DNA of 64,000 nucleotides from Abditibacterium sp. (GCA_965246885.1 OZ251992.1:1792001-1856000); one strand, 5' to 3'. Shown: positions 1 to 8,776, counted from the first letter of the stretch. Made by a program: numbers and translations. The notes: a model not told the origin generated them from the letters alone.

Positions 1-771
1 GTTGGTGTCATAGCCGGTGTTTTGGAAGCCGGAGTTGGCAGCGTCGCTGGGGTCGCCGTAAGGGTCGGCAGAAGCGTCCAACCCGCCACTGCCGGGCGCG
101 AAATAATCTATCGGGTTGTAGTCGGAAACGCCGCCGGGAACGCTTGCGGCTTCGGGCGAACTTTGGAAGCCGCGCTCGTTGTCGTGGTGCGAGAAAAAGG
201 AGTTGGCGATGGAACTACCGATGAACGAACCGGCCATGCTGGAAAGCAAGCCGCCCGCGAGCATGCCGCCCATGCCCCCCATCATGCCACCGCCACCCAT
301 CATGCCGCCACCCATCGGCTGGGCGTAGCCCGCTTGCTGAGGTTGGCCGTAGCCCATCGGCTGTTGCCCGCCGTAGCCGGGTTGAGCCGGGGCGCCGAAA
401 GTCCGCTCTATAAAGCCGGGTTGCCGAATTTCGGCGCGGGTCGTGGCTTGGGCGAGCGAGCGCGGATCGAGGGTGATGCGCCCCGCTTCGGCAAGCGGCA
501 CGTTCTGCGTGAGTTGTTGCAACACCATCTGGCGTTGCTCCGGCGTCAAGCGAGCGAAGGCTTCTTCATGCGCGCGCTCAAGGTCTTCGGGCGGCGCGGT
601 TTGCAGCATATACCGATAGCGCGCGATGGCCTGCTCGTCGGCGTTTTGCGGGCGGTTTGGGTTGCCATACACGCCTGGTTGTGCATTGAAGCCGTAAGCG
701 GCGCCCGGAGGGGGCGCGGGTTGTGGTTGCGGCTCATCGTGGTGGCCAAAGAGTTTGTCGAGGAATCCCAT
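1..771 (-). CDS. Hypothetical Gly/Met/Gln-rich protein, partial (runs off window start)
   Basis: Manually translated, not in the ORF track: ATG at 771, MGFLDKLFGHHDEPQPQP...ADEQAIARYRYMLQTAPPEDLERAHEEAFARLTPEQR...GGMMGGGGMMGG, open to position 1. Confidence 0.85.
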   Translation of the reverse strand, partial: MGFLDKLFGHHDEPQPQPAPPPGAAYGFNAQPGVYGNPNRPQNADEQAIARYRYMLQTAPPEDLERAHEEAFARLTPEQRQMVLQQLTQNVPLAEAGRITLDPRSLAQATTRAEIRQPGFIERTFGAPAQPGYGGQQPMGYGQPQQAGYAQPMGGGMMGGGGMMGGMGGMLAGGLLSSMAGSFIGSSIANSFFSHHDNERGFQSSPEAASVPGGVSDYNPIDYFAPGSGGLDASADPYGDPSDAANSGFQNTGYDTN

Positions 772-853
772 AACGGCCCTCCTTGTTGCGTTTTGCGAAC
801 CAAAACGGGCAGGGGATGTAAAGGAGTTTGGAGAGGCTTGCTTCTGCTGTTGC

Positions 854-911
854 CCGACCACTAAAGTGGCGGCTTGGCCAGAGGCCCCCAAGCCGCCACT
901 TTAGTGGTCGG
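854..911. repeat. 24-bp-arm inverted repeat, REP/IS605-end-like palindrome pair
   Basis: ccgaccactaaagtggcggcttgg ... ccaagccgccactttagtggtcgg; each arm is itself a palindrome (CCAC-TAAA-GTGG). Confidence 0.8.
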
Positions 912-930
912 TCTTTACGTCGCCCAGCCC

Positions 931-1473
931 CTAAAAAGGGGCAGAAAACATCTGCGTTATCCACAAGTCCCCCGTCGCGTCGGTGGTGAAGCCGATGCCG
1001 ATACGGGTCACGTCGCGGTTGAGCAAGTTCGCGCGGTGATGGGGTGACTTCATCAGGGCGGCGTGCGCGTCGAGGACATCCTTCGCGGTCAAAAAGGAGC
1101 GGCTGCCCCACACGCGGTAGATGTTTTCGGCGACGATGTGGGGAGTAACGCCCATGCCCGCGACGTAGCGGTCGAGCGGATCGCGGAGTGCGGGCGTGGG
1201 CGATTCGTGCGCGAAATACTTCAAGTCGCGCATCTCGGCGGAGTGCGCGCGGGCGACTTCGGCCAACCGCGCGTCGCTTTTCAAGCGAGAAAGCCCCTGC
1301 TTCTCGCGCTCATCGTTGATGGTCTGGAGCATGGACGCTTCCAACTTCGACAAACGCGCATCGCTCGCCGCCAACCGCGCGGCCACCGGCTCGGCGTGCG
1401 CGCGCCCCGCAACGCCTACTCCCAACGCGGCGCCCAGCGCCACCCCCACCATCAACCGAGAACGACGAAACAT
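931..1473 (-). CDS. Secreted CAP (SCP/PR-1) domain protein
   Basis: Signal peptide ending AHA; INDER..GL..L, ARAHSAEM, YFAH, AENI, LMKSPHHRANLL, IGIG, ITQMF motifs. Confidence 0.9.
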   Translation of the reverse strand: MFRRSRLMVGVALGAALGVGVAGRAHAEPVAARLAASDARLSKLEASMLQTINDEREKQGLSRLKSDARLAEVARAHSAEMRDLKYFAHESPTPALRDPLDRYVAGMGVTPHIVAENIYRVWGSRSFLTAKDVLDAHAALMKSPHHRANLLNRDVTRIGIGFTTDATGDLWITQMFSAPF

Positions 1474-1551
1474 AACGTGCCCATTTAGACCCACGCAGGG
1501 GCGAGGGGTTGCTTTGGAACTGGCGAACCCACAGCCGTTCTTAAGGCTCAC

Positions 1552-1983
1552 TCAATCAAAGCCGAACACGATTCGCACGCGGTCATCGCCGCACCGTTTG
1601 GCGAGGTGGGCGACCGTTTCCAGCAGAAATTGCACGGGAACGCTTAGATTGTCGTGCGAAAGATTAGCGTGTTCCAATGCCGCGACCAGTTCATCGGCGA
1701 GTAGCCAACTGATGCCGCATGCACCATCCAATTCTCGCTTGACCAGCCAATTACAATCGGTCGGAAAAGAGCGCAACGGGAACAGAGGCTTGATGCCGTT
1801 TTCTGTGTTGCGGATACCTGCCAACGCGGAGAAGAACTCGTAGTCCTTGTAACCGCTGATTGCGTCACCGCGCAAGTCCCACACGGAAACATTATCGTCG
1901 AAGGGTTGAAGATGCCGCTCGGCAGGATAATCCTCAGCGCGCGTAAAGTCGTATTCGATAAAGACGTGGATGTCTGTTCCCAT
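1552..1983 (-). CDS. Hypothetical protein (MGxDIH N-terminus, RIVFGFD C-terminus; phage/accessory-like)
   Basis: GGAGG RBS before ATG 1983; AT-richer than flanks; termini recall a family I know from phage-like loci. Confidence 0.75.
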   Translation of the reverse strand: MGTDIHVFIEYDFTRAEDYPAERHLQPFDDNVSVWDLRGDAISGYKDYEFFSALAGIRNTENGIKPLFPLRSFPTDCNWLVKRELDGACGISWLLADELVAALEHANLSHDNLSVPVQFLLETVAHLAKRCGDDRVRIVFGFD

Positions 1984-1990
1984 TGTTCCT

Positions 1991-2067
1991 CCAAACAAAA
2001 ACAGCCGCCAGTCTGACCAACTGGCGGCTGTTCATCTAAAGCGCGATTACGCTTCGGTGGTTTCGGT
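1991..2067 (-). repeat. Diverged duplicate of the rplO 3' end plus terminator (copy A)
   Basis: Shares ccaaacaaaaacagccgcc, ggcggctgtt and aaagcgcgattacgcttcggtggtttcggt with 2880-2955. Confidence 0.9.
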
Positions 2068-2097
2068 CGTTTCGCCGACTTCTAACATCGGCGCGGG

Positions 2098-2565
2098 TTA
2101 GCGGATGAAGAGTGCGCGGCAGAATCCGGCTTCTTGCATTGGCTTGATTTCGGTGCGGTCTTTGGAAACGAACTCTGCGTTCAAGCGCCGCGAAAGGGCC
2201 ATTCCGAAGGCGTCGCCGAGCGCCAAACGGGGGACTTGTTTGGGTTTGTCCGGGTCGCGTGGCATGGCTCGCCGCTCTGCGATGAGAAGCGCGACATCTT
2301 GCCAAAACGTGGTGTCCAAGTCGCTCCGCTCTTGCACTCGGCAAACTGTCCGCAACTGAGCCAGCGCGTTTTGGGCGTCGCGCAGATTGGCCGCAATCGA
2401 GGGCGGCCCGAAATCATAAAAGACCTCGGCCAAGTTCACGGAATGGGCGAAGCAAGCCGCGTCAGGCGCCTTGAACAAACCCGCGACCATCGGGCCTTCG
2501 GGTTCGCCGTTTAGATAAGCCAACATCGCGCTTGAATCGAAGACCAGCACGCGCGGGTTGGGCAT
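2098..2565 (-). CDS. vapC: PIN-domain (VapC-like) toxin
   Basis: VFDSSAMLAYL, VNLAEVFY, LALGDAF, VSKDR: PIN acidic residues; TGATG overlap with the upstream small gene. Confidence 0.88.
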   Translation of the reverse strand: MPNPRVLVFDSSAMLAYLNGEPEGPMVAGLFKAPDAACFAHSVNLAEVFYDFGPPSIAANLRDAQNALAQLRTVCRVQERSDLDTTFWQDVALLIAERRAMPRDPDKPKQVPRLALGDAFGMALSRRLNAEFVSKDRTEIKPMQEAGFCRALFIR

Positions 2566-2846
2566 CAAGAGTTTGGCTCCCGTTGTCGCCGCTCCAGCGC
2601 CGCGAGGTAGTCCGCTTCGCCTTCGGCATGACGCTCGGCCAGAAATTCGTCCACGCTGCGCCCGCGTCCGGCGAACATTCCCAGCCCCGCGTCCACCGCC
2701 GCCACCCGCGCGGCTTCGGCGTCATCGGGCGCGGCGAACGGCTCCAACACCGACAGCGCCCACGCTTCGAGCGGCACGCCCTGCTCCCGCGCCGCGCGTT
2801 CGATGCCCGCAAAAACGCGCGGCGGGATGTCCAAAGTTAAAGTCAT
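2565..2846 (-). CDS. Putative antitoxin (RHH-like N-terminus)
   Basis: MTLTLDIPPRVFAGIERAAREQGVPLE; SVDEFLAERHAE C-terminal motif; coupled to the PIN gene. Confidence 0.78.
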   Translation of the reverse strand: MTLTLDIPPRVFAGIERAAREQGVPLEAWALSVLEPFAAPDDAEAARVAAVDAGLGMFAGRGRSVDEFLAERHAEGEADYLAALERRQREPNS

Positions 2847-2879
2847 GGCTGATTCTGCCTTCAAGTTTCCCTTAACGCG

Positions 2880-2955
2880 CCAAACAAAAACAGCCGCCGA
2901 TTGAAGAATGGGCGGCTGTTTGTTCAAAGCGCGATTACGCTTCGGTGGTTTCGGT
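2880..2955 (-). terminator. rplO 3' end and intrinsic terminator (repeat copy B)
   Basis: aacagccgcc stem followed by a T-rich tail on the minus strand right after the rplO stop. Confidence 0.8.
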
Positions 2956-3471
2956 TTCCGTCGTCTCGGCGGCTACTTTGGGTTTGCGGCCCGAATAGTT
3001 CACTTTGACGATGAGTTCCATTGTGCCGCCGATGGCTTCGATGGCGGCGGCGGCGGACTCGGTGAAGTGGTTGGCGCGGATGGTGAGCGGTTTGGTCAGT
3101 TCGCCCACGCCCAACACGCGCAGACCGTCGAAGCGGCCTTTGACGAGGCCCGATGAACGCAGCAAGGCGGCGTCCACGACCGTGCCTGCGGGCAGGCGGT
3201 CGAGTTGCGACAGGTTGACGATGCCGTATTCCTTGCGCGTCGGGCCGATGGGCATGGCGCCTTTGCCTTTGCCGCGCAGTTTCGGGAGGCGACGAAAAAG
3301 CGGGGTTTGGCCGCCTTCAAAGCCCGGTTTGACCGAGTTGCGCGCGTGCTGACCTTTCTGGCCGCGCGTCGAGGTCTTGCCGTGACCCGAACCGATGCCG
3401 CGCCCGACGCGCTTCTTCTTTTTGCGCGCGCCCTTGGCGGGACGGAGGTTGGTGAGTGTTAAAAGTTCCAT
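2935..3471 (-). CDS. rplO: 50S ribosomal protein L15
   Basis: RVGRGIGSGHGKTSTRGQKGQ, GFEGGQTPL. Confidence 0.98.
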   Translation of the reverse strand: MELLTLTNLRPAKGARKKKKRVGRGIGSGHGKTSTRGQKGQHARNSVKPGFEGGQTPLFRRLPKLRGKGKGAMPIGPTRKEYGIVNLSQLDRLPAGTVVDAALLRSSGLVKGRFDGLRVLGVGELTKPLTIRANHFTESAAAAIEAIGGTMELIVKVNYSGRKPKVAAETTETETTEA

Positions 3472-3501
3472 GATAAGTTGCGTCCGATGAATAATGGCTT
3501 G

Positions 3502-3574
3502 CCGATTGGAAGAGGGCGGTAGCCCCGCTCCTGCCCACTTGGTCGAAGCGGGGCTACCGCCCTCTTCCAATCGG
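3502..3574. repeat. REP-like doublet (GGAAG-GGGCGGTAGCCCCGCT family), 28-bp arms
   Basis: ccgattggaagagggcggtagccccgct and its perfect reverse complement; same unit at 13194 and 54678. Confidence 0.88.
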
Positions 3575-3587
3575 GGTTGGCCAACGG

Positions 3588-3788
3588 CTACGCTTCTTCG
3601 ACCGTGACGAGGTGTTTGATTTTGAACACCATGCCGCGCACGCTATCGTTGGCGGGGAGGACGTTGACCGCGCCCATTTTGCGGAGACCGAGGGCCACGG
3701 CCGTTTGCTGCTGGTCTTTGGGATTGCCGATCAAACTTTTGGTCAGAGTCACCTTGATATTCGATGACGAGTGGTTGTCTGGATTCAT
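3588..3788 (-). CDS. rpmD: 50S ribosomal protein L30
   Basis: IKVTLTKSLIG...ALGLRK...RGMVFKIKHLVTVEE; syntenic position. Confidence 0.93.
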   Translation of the reverse strand: MNPDNHSSSNIKVTLTKSLIGNPKDQQQTAVALGLRKMGAVNVLPANDSVRGMVFKIKHLVTVEEA

Positions 3789-4317
3789 AGAGGCTTGCGT
3801 CCTTGAGTTGGCGGGGAATCGCCAGTTGTTCGATTGAAATACCGCGCCGCGCGGCCACGTCGGTGGCGCGCTGCATTTGTCGGAGGCCGTCGAGGACGGC
3901 ATACACGTTGTTGATAGCGTTGTCGCTACCCATCGCTTTGGTCAGGATGTCGGTGATGCCCGCCGCTTCGAGAACGGCGCGCGCGGCGGGGCCAGCGATA
4001 ACGCCCGTTCCCGGCGAGGCCGGTTTGAGCATGACGCGGGCGCTGCCGTTGCGACCGATGACCATGTGCGGCACGGTCGAGCCGACCATCGAGACTTCGA
4101 TGAGGTTCTTGGCCGCGCTTTGCGAGCCTTTGCGAATCGAGTCGGGAACGCTCGCCGATTTGCCCATGCCGACGCCGACGTGTCCGTTGGCGTCGCCCAC
4201 GACGATCAGCGACGAGAAACGGCGCTTGCGGCCACCTTTGACGGTTTTGGAAACCGGCTTGAGTTGGACGACTTTTTCAACCCGTAATTGTTCGGAATCT
4301 ACTTGAACTCGTGCCAT
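3643..4317 (-). CDS. rpsE: 30S ribosomal protein S5 with C-terminal extension overlapping rpmD
   Basis: KTVKGGRKRRFS, LKPASPGTGVIAG, AGITDILTK. Confidence 0.97.
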   Translation of the reverse strand: MARVQVDSEQLRVEKVVQLKPVSKTVKGGRKRRFSSLIVVGDANGHVGVGMGKSASVPDSIRKGSQSAAKNLIEVSMVGSTVPHMVIGRNGSARVMLKPASPGTGVIAGPAARAVLEAAGITDILTKAMGSDNAINNVYAVLDGLRQMQRATDVAARRGISIEQLAIPRQLKDASLYESRQPLVIEYQGDSDQKFDRQSQRPAANGRGPRSPQNGRGQRPPRQR

Positions 4318-4320
4318 AAT

Positions 4321-4689
4321 TTAAAATACCAAGCCGCCCTCGCGCGCAGCCTCGGCCAATTCCTTGACCACGCCGTGATAGCCCACGCCGTTGCGGTCGA
4401 AAACGACCATCTCGATGCCCGCCGCCTTTGCGCGCTCGGCAACCGAAGCGCCCACAACGCGGGCGGCGGAACAAGAGCCTTTGCCGCCTTCGATGCCCGC
4501 CGCGATGTCCTTTTGAACAGTCGAGACCGCGACGAGGGTTTTGCCGTTCACGTCGTCAATGACCTGAACATGGATGTGCTTGAGCGTTTTGTTCACGCAC
4601 AAACGCGGGCGATTGGGAGTGCCCGTGACTTTCTGCCGCAAGCGCAAATGACGGCGCTGGCGCAGTTGAACTGAAGTTTTCTTTGCCAT
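4321..4689 (-). CDS. rplR: 50S ribosomal protein L18
   Basis: [27 protein letters not shown]. Confidence 0.98.
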   Translation of the reverse strand: MAKKTSVQLRQRRHLRLRQKVTGTPNRPRLCVNKTLKHIHVQVIDDVNGKTLVAVSTVQKDIAAGIEGGKGSCSAARVVGASVAERAKAAGIEMVVFDRNGVGYHGVVKELAEAAREGGLVF

Positions 4690-4763
4690 GATTGATGTGC
4701 CCCGATTACCGACCGGGGCGGATTAGTATGAGAGGTAAATGCGTGGTTGGGTTACGAACTGAC

Positions 4764-5246
4764 TCATGTGGATTCGACTTCGCCGTCTGCGGTCATTTCG
4801 TAGTCTTTAGACCAGTAGAAAACCCAGTCGCCACGCTTGCTTCTCTCTTGCCAATCTTTAAAATAGGATTGGGCTTCTTCTAAGGCTTCGTCGTCTTGAC
4901 ACCAACTAAAGTCGTCAATATCCAACGGCATTGCCTGTGCGCCCACATGGTTGTCGAAGAATGGTTGAACTTTGATAGGTTGCCAAACAAGGCCTATCTC
5001 GCTTCGCCATTCTTCGATTTGCCTATCCAACATCTGCACGAACTGCTCGTCGTAAACATTGAAAGGGCCAACATCCTTTACGCGAGGAGCAGGGTGGTTC
5101 CAAACTCTCTCCTCACGACTGAGTAAAACGCCTTCAGACGAGAAGAAATAAGCCACAAGATGAGGGCAGAGTAAGCCAATGATAACCTGTCGGCTATCGC
5201 TGGTTACGCCGCAACGAAAATCCTCATATCCCTTGAGTGTGAACAT
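4764..5246 (-). CDS. Hypothetical acidic protein inserted between rplF and rplR
   Basis: 160-aa ORF co-oriented with the operon, visibly AT-richer, fills the gap. Confidence 0.8.
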   Translation of the reverse strand: MFTLKGYEDFRCGVTSDSRQVIIGLLCPHLVAYFFSSEGVLLSREERVWNHPAPRVKDVGPFNVYDEQFVQMLDRQIEEWRSEIGLVWQPIKVQPFFDNHVGAQAMPLDIDDFSWCQDDEALEEAQSYFKDWQERSKRGDWVFYWSKDYEMTADGEVEST

Positions 5247-5266
5247 CGTGGTGTAACCACCCGACT

Positions 5267-5845
5267 CTACTTCTTCTTCTTATCCGCCTGTTTACCGGCT
5301 TTGCGGATGACTCGCTCGCCTTGGTAGCGCAGACCTTTGCCTTTGTAGGGTTCGACGGGGCGGCGGCCTTTGACATCCGCCGCGAAGTCGCCGAGGATTT
5401 GTTTCGAGTGGCTCGAAAGCACAATCGTCGCGGCCAGTAGGCCGTTTTCTTGGGTGGGCGTCGAAGCCGTCGCGGTGGCGGCGATGCCGTCGGGCATCGG
5501 GATGTCAACGGGGTGCGAGTAGCCGAGCGCCATTTTGAGCGTCTTGCCCGCGACTTCGGCGCGATAGCCGACGCCGCGCAGTTCGAGCGTTTTGGTGAAG
5601 CCTTCGCTCACACCTTTCACCGCGTTGAACAGCAGGGCGCGCGTCAAGCCGTGCATGGCGCGGTCTTGTTTGGTTTCGGAAGGGCGCACAACGGACATGG
5701 TGCCGCCCTCTTGGTTGACCTCGAAGTTCGCCGGAACGGGCGCCGTGACGGTGCCTTTCGGCCCCTTGACGGTCGCCACACCGTCGGCGACCGAAATCGA
5801 AACGCCGGACGGAACGGGGATAATTGCTTTGCCAATACGTGACAT
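5267..5845 (-). CDS. rplF: 50S ribosomal protein L6
   Basis: MSRIGK, VKGPKG, GVGYRA, EPYKGKG. Confidence 0.98.
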   Translation of the reverse strand: MSRIGKAIIPVPSGVSISVADGVATVKGPKGTVTAPVPANFEVNQEGGTMSVVRPSETKQDRAMHGLTRALLFNAVKGVSEGFTKTLELRGVGYRAEVAGKTLKMALGYSHPVDIPMPDGIAATATASTPTQENGLLAATIVLSSHSKQILGDFAADVKGRRPVEPYKGKGLRYQGERVIRKAGKQADKKKK

Positions 5846-5854
5846 GGTAAGTCT

Positions 5855-6247
5855 TCAATACACCTTGGCGAGCAGCTCGCCGCCGACTCCGGCTTTGCGC
5901 GCGGCTGCGCCGGTCAGCACGCCGCGCGGCGTGGAGAGAATCGTGATGCCGAGGCCGCCCAGAACGCGGGGGATGTCGGTTTTGCCGACATACATACGGC
6001 GGCCCGGTTTCGACACGCGCTCGATGTGTTGAATAACACGCTCGCGGTCATTGTAGCGCAGCACAACGGTAATGGTGCCCTGCTTGTTGTCTTCGACGGT
6101 GCTGTAGTCGGCGATATAGCCTTCTTGTTTCAGCACGCGCGCGATCTCGACTTTGATCTTGGAAGAAGGAACGGTGACGTCCACTTTCTTCGCTTGATTC
6201 GCGTTGCGGATACACGTCAGGAAGTCCGCGATGGGATCAGTTTGCAT
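5855..6247 (-). CDS. rpsH: 30S ribosomal protein S8
   Basis: TDPIADFLT.IRNA, RVSKPGRR, GVGGELL. Confidence 0.98.
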   Translation of the reverse strand: MQTDPIADFLTCIRNANQAKKVDVTVPSSKIKVEIARVLKQEGYIADYSTVEDNKQGTITVVLRYNDRERVIQHIERVSKPGRRMYVGKTDIPRVLGGLGITILSTPRGVLTGAAARKAGVGGELLAKVY

Positions 6248-6318
6248 AATGTTTCTACTTGATATCCCCACTCGTAGAAGTGGTTACCATCCGGCGCAGG
6301 GCGTTGCCCCACGCTTGC

Positions 6319-6513
6319 CTACCAAGAGCTTTTGGTCACTCCCGGAATTAACCCGCGATGCGCCATGCCGCGAAAGCAGATGCGGCAGATGCCGAAGGCG
6401 CGCATGAAACCGCGCGGGCGACCGCATAGCCCGCAACGGTTCATGTGGCGGGCGGTTAAGTCTTTGGTTGCGTTTTGTCGCAGCGTTTTGGCGACTTTTG
6501 ATTTTTTAGCCAT
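6319..6513 (-). CDS. rpsZ: 30S ribosomal protein S14, short Zn-binding (type Z) form
   Basis: RCGLCGRPR...CRICFR...IPGVTKSSW. Confidence 0.97.
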   Translation of the reverse strand: MAKKSKVAKTLRQNATKDLTARHMNRCGLCGRPRGFMRAFGICRICFRGMAHRGLIPGVTKSSW

Positions 6514-6649
6514 TGTCTTGTTCGTCGTTCTTGCGACGGCTTTTTGGGACGCTTGTGGCGGTGCTTTGTATCCACTTCATTATCGCCGCCGAGATGAACA
6601 CCACGACGACGAGCAGTAGAAAGGTCAAGCCCCAGCCGAAAAGTCCCAT
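6506..6649 (-). CDS. Small single-TM protein (47 aa)
   Basis: Manual translation [55 protein letters not shown] upstream; stop overlaps the S14 start (ATGGCTAA). Confidence 0.65.
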   Translation of the reverse strand: MGLFGWGLTFLLLVVVVFISAAIMKWIQSTATSVPKSRRKNDEQDNG

Positions 6650-6661
6650 AGTGTGTCCACC

Positions 6662-7240
6662 TTACGCGGCTGTTTGCCCTTCGGCGGAAGCGTCGCCGCG
6701 TTTGCGGAACGGGAGGCCGAGTTCGCGCAGCAAAACGCGGGCTTCCTCGTCGGTTTTGGCGCTTGTGACGAAGGTCACGTCCATACCGCGCGTTTTGGTG
6801 ATCTTGTCCACGTTGATTTCGGGGAAGATGACCTGCTCTTTGACGCCGAAGGTGTAGTTGCCGCGCCCGTCGAAGGAGCGGTCGGGGATGCCCTGAAAGT
6901 CGCGGATGCGCGGCAGGGCGGCGTGGATGAGACGATATAAGAAGTCCCACATCCGCTCGCCGCGCAGCGTCACGACGCAACCAATCGGCTGCCCTTCGCG
7001 CAACTTGAAGCCCGCGATGGACTTCTTCGCCTTGCGAATGGCGGGCTTTTGCCCGGTGATGGTCGCCAGTTCTGCGGCGGCGGCGTCCATCAGTTTCGAG
7101 TCGTCTTTGGCGTCGCCCACGCCCATGTTGACGACGATCTTTTCGAGTTTGGGCAACTGCATCACGTTGGCATAGCCAAACTGCTTTTGCAGCGCCTCTT
7201 TGACCTGCTGGTCATAACGGTCTTTTAAAATAGGTGTCAT
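6662..7240 (-). CDS. rplE: 50S ribosomal protein L5
   Basis: [28 protein letters not shown]. Confidence 0.98.
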   Translation of the reverse strand: MTPILKDRYDQQVKEALQKQFGYANVMQLPKLEKIVVNMGVGDAKDDSKLMDAAAAELATITGQKPAIRKAKKSIAGFKLREGQPIGCVVTLRGERMWDFLYRLIHAALPRIRDFQGIPDRSFDGRGNYTFGVKEQVIFPEINVDKITKTRGMDVTFVTSAKTDEEARVLLRELGLPFRKRGDASAEGQTAA

Positions 7241-7279
7241 CGAATGATGCCGAACGGTTTCCAAGCGTTCGGATGGTTA

Positions 7280-7678
7280 TTACTTCAAGCCGAAGCCCGG
7301 AAAGGGAACAACGCCAACGAAACTCAGCAGTCCAGAAGAATTTTCATCTACGAAAGCTGAATCGTATTTGAAGTTGTAAAAGACGACCGCAGTGGTCGCT
7401 TTAGTCCAACCCTTAGCAGTCGCTTCTACGATTGCGGCCTCAACGAATGTTTGCGAGCGTGAAAAACCAGCAAGCAAATCTTTAATGGGTTTCGGCCCGT
7501 CTTTGACACTCGCTTCTGGGCCATCAGGCGGGTATATCTCGAAGTTAAAGTCGTCCCTAAACGTCTTGTTCAGACTCAGATATTCATCCAACTCTTTCTC
7601 CGAAGCGAAGTTACCCAGCCAGAAGGAGATGAATCCGCCAATCCTGAATTGTTCGTGTGTGGCTGTTGGTCTTGGCAT
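7280..7678 (-). CDS. Imm22 (DUF4284)-like immunity protein
   Basis: SFWLGNFASEKELDEYL...F.DDF...I.DLLAGFS...VVFYNFKY...LSFVG pattern recalled from Imm22; AT-richer. Confidence 0.7.
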   Translation of the reverse strand: MPRPTATHEQFRIGGFISFWLGNFASEKELDEYLSLNKTFRDDFNFEIYPPDGPEASVKDGPKPIKDLLAGFSRSQTFVEAAIVEATAKGWTKATTAVVFYNFKYDSAFVDENSSGLLSFVGVVPFPGFGLK

Positions 7679-7693
7679 TTTCCGCCTTAATAC

Positions 7694-8056
7694 TCACCCA
7701 ATCGTTTCGCCGCTTTTCACGCTGACGCGGGAAACTTTGCCGTCTTCGCCTTTGACCCGTTTGACGCGGGTGGGTTTGCCGCTTTTCGGGTCGAGGAGCA
7801 TGACGTTCGAGGCGTCAATGGGCATCGGTTTCTCGGTGATGCCTTCGTCGGTGTTGCCTTGCTGCTTGCGCTTGTCGGGCGTGTTTTTCATCACGTTGAC
7901 GCCTTCGACGACGACTTTGCCCTTTTTCGGCAGGACTTCGAGGACGGTCTTGGGCGTTTTGCGGTCGCGGTTCTTGCCCGCAATGACGACGACTTGGTCG
8001 CCTTTGCGGATGGACAGCTTGACCGGTTCGTGTTGGGCTTTGGTGCGTTGCGCCAT
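7694..8056 (-). CDS. rplX: 50S ribosomal protein L24
   Basis: IRKGDQVVVIAGK, VVEGVN, PIDASNV. Confidence 0.98.
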   Translation of the reverse strand: MAQRTKAQHEPVKLSIRKGDQVVVIAGKNRDRKTPKTVLEVLPKKGKVVVEGVNVMKNTPDKRKQQGNTDEGITEKPMPIDASNVMLLDPKSGKPTRVKRVKGEDGKVSRVSVKSGETIG

Positions 8057-8424
8057 TAGAGAACCTCCGGGGCGAGCGACACGATTTTCATAAAGCCTTT
8101 GTCGCGCAGTTCGCGCGCGACGGGGCCGAAGATGCGCGTGCCGCGCGGGTTGCCGTCGTTGTTGATAATCACGGCGGCGTTGTCGTCAAAAGCGATGTGC
8201 GAGCCATCGGCGCGGCGAACGCCCGTCACGGTGCGAACGATTACGGCCTTCACGACATCGTGGGTTTTGACCGGCGCGCCGGGAATCGCTTCCTTGACCG
8301 CGCAAATAATGCGGTCGCCGACGTTGCCGAATTTGGCGTTCGAGCCTTTCATCACTCGAATGCACAGCAGTTCGCGCGCGCCGGAGTTATCGGCGCAACG
8401 TAAGCGGGTTTCTGTCTGGATCAT
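8056..8424 (-). CDS. rplN: 50S ribosomal protein L14
   Basis: [32 protein letters not shown]. Confidence 0.99.
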   Translation of the reverse strand: MIQTETRLRCADNSGARELLCIRVMKGSNAKFGNVGDRIICAVKEAIPGAPVKTHDVVKAVIVRTVTGVRRADGSHIAFDDNAAVIINNDGNPRGTRIFGPVARELRDKGFMKIVSLAPEVL

Positions 8425-8442
8425 GGTGTTCCTTGGCGGCGC

Positions 8443-8715
8443 TTATTTGGCGCGTTCGACGATCTCCAGAAGTCGCCAGTTTTTGTCTTTGGAAAGGGGG
8501 CGCGTTTCCATGATGCGGACGCGGTCGCCTTCCTTGCACTCGTTGTTTTCGTCGTGCGTTTTGAACCGCTTGGTGACGCGCTGGACGCGGCCATAAAGCG
8601 GGTGACGCGACAAGCGTTCGACCGCGACGACGCAGGTCTTGTCCATTTTGTCGGACACAACCAAGCCTTCGCGGACTTTGCGCGCTGTTCTTTCGATGGG
8701 TGTTTGTTCTGCCAT
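8443..8715 (-). CDS. rpsQ: 30S ribosomal protein S17
   Basis: [22 protein letters not shown]. Confidence 0.98.
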   Translation of the reverse strand: MAEQTPIERTARKVREGLVVSDKMDKTCVVAVERLSRHPLYGRVQRVTKRFKTHDENNECKEGDRVRIMETRPLSKDKNWRLLEIVERAK

Positions 8716-8776
8716 TGTGGGTTTCCTGTAGGGAATGATGTCCCCCGCTCCCTTATAGAAGGAAGCGGGTTTTTCT

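Noticed and set aside
22..864. 280-aa plus-strand ORF
   Set aside because: Antisense shadow of the minus-strand gene starting at 771
854..911. IS200/IS605 element or omegaRNA locus
   Set aside because: Only the palindromes are present; no tnpA, tnpB or iscB ORF nearby
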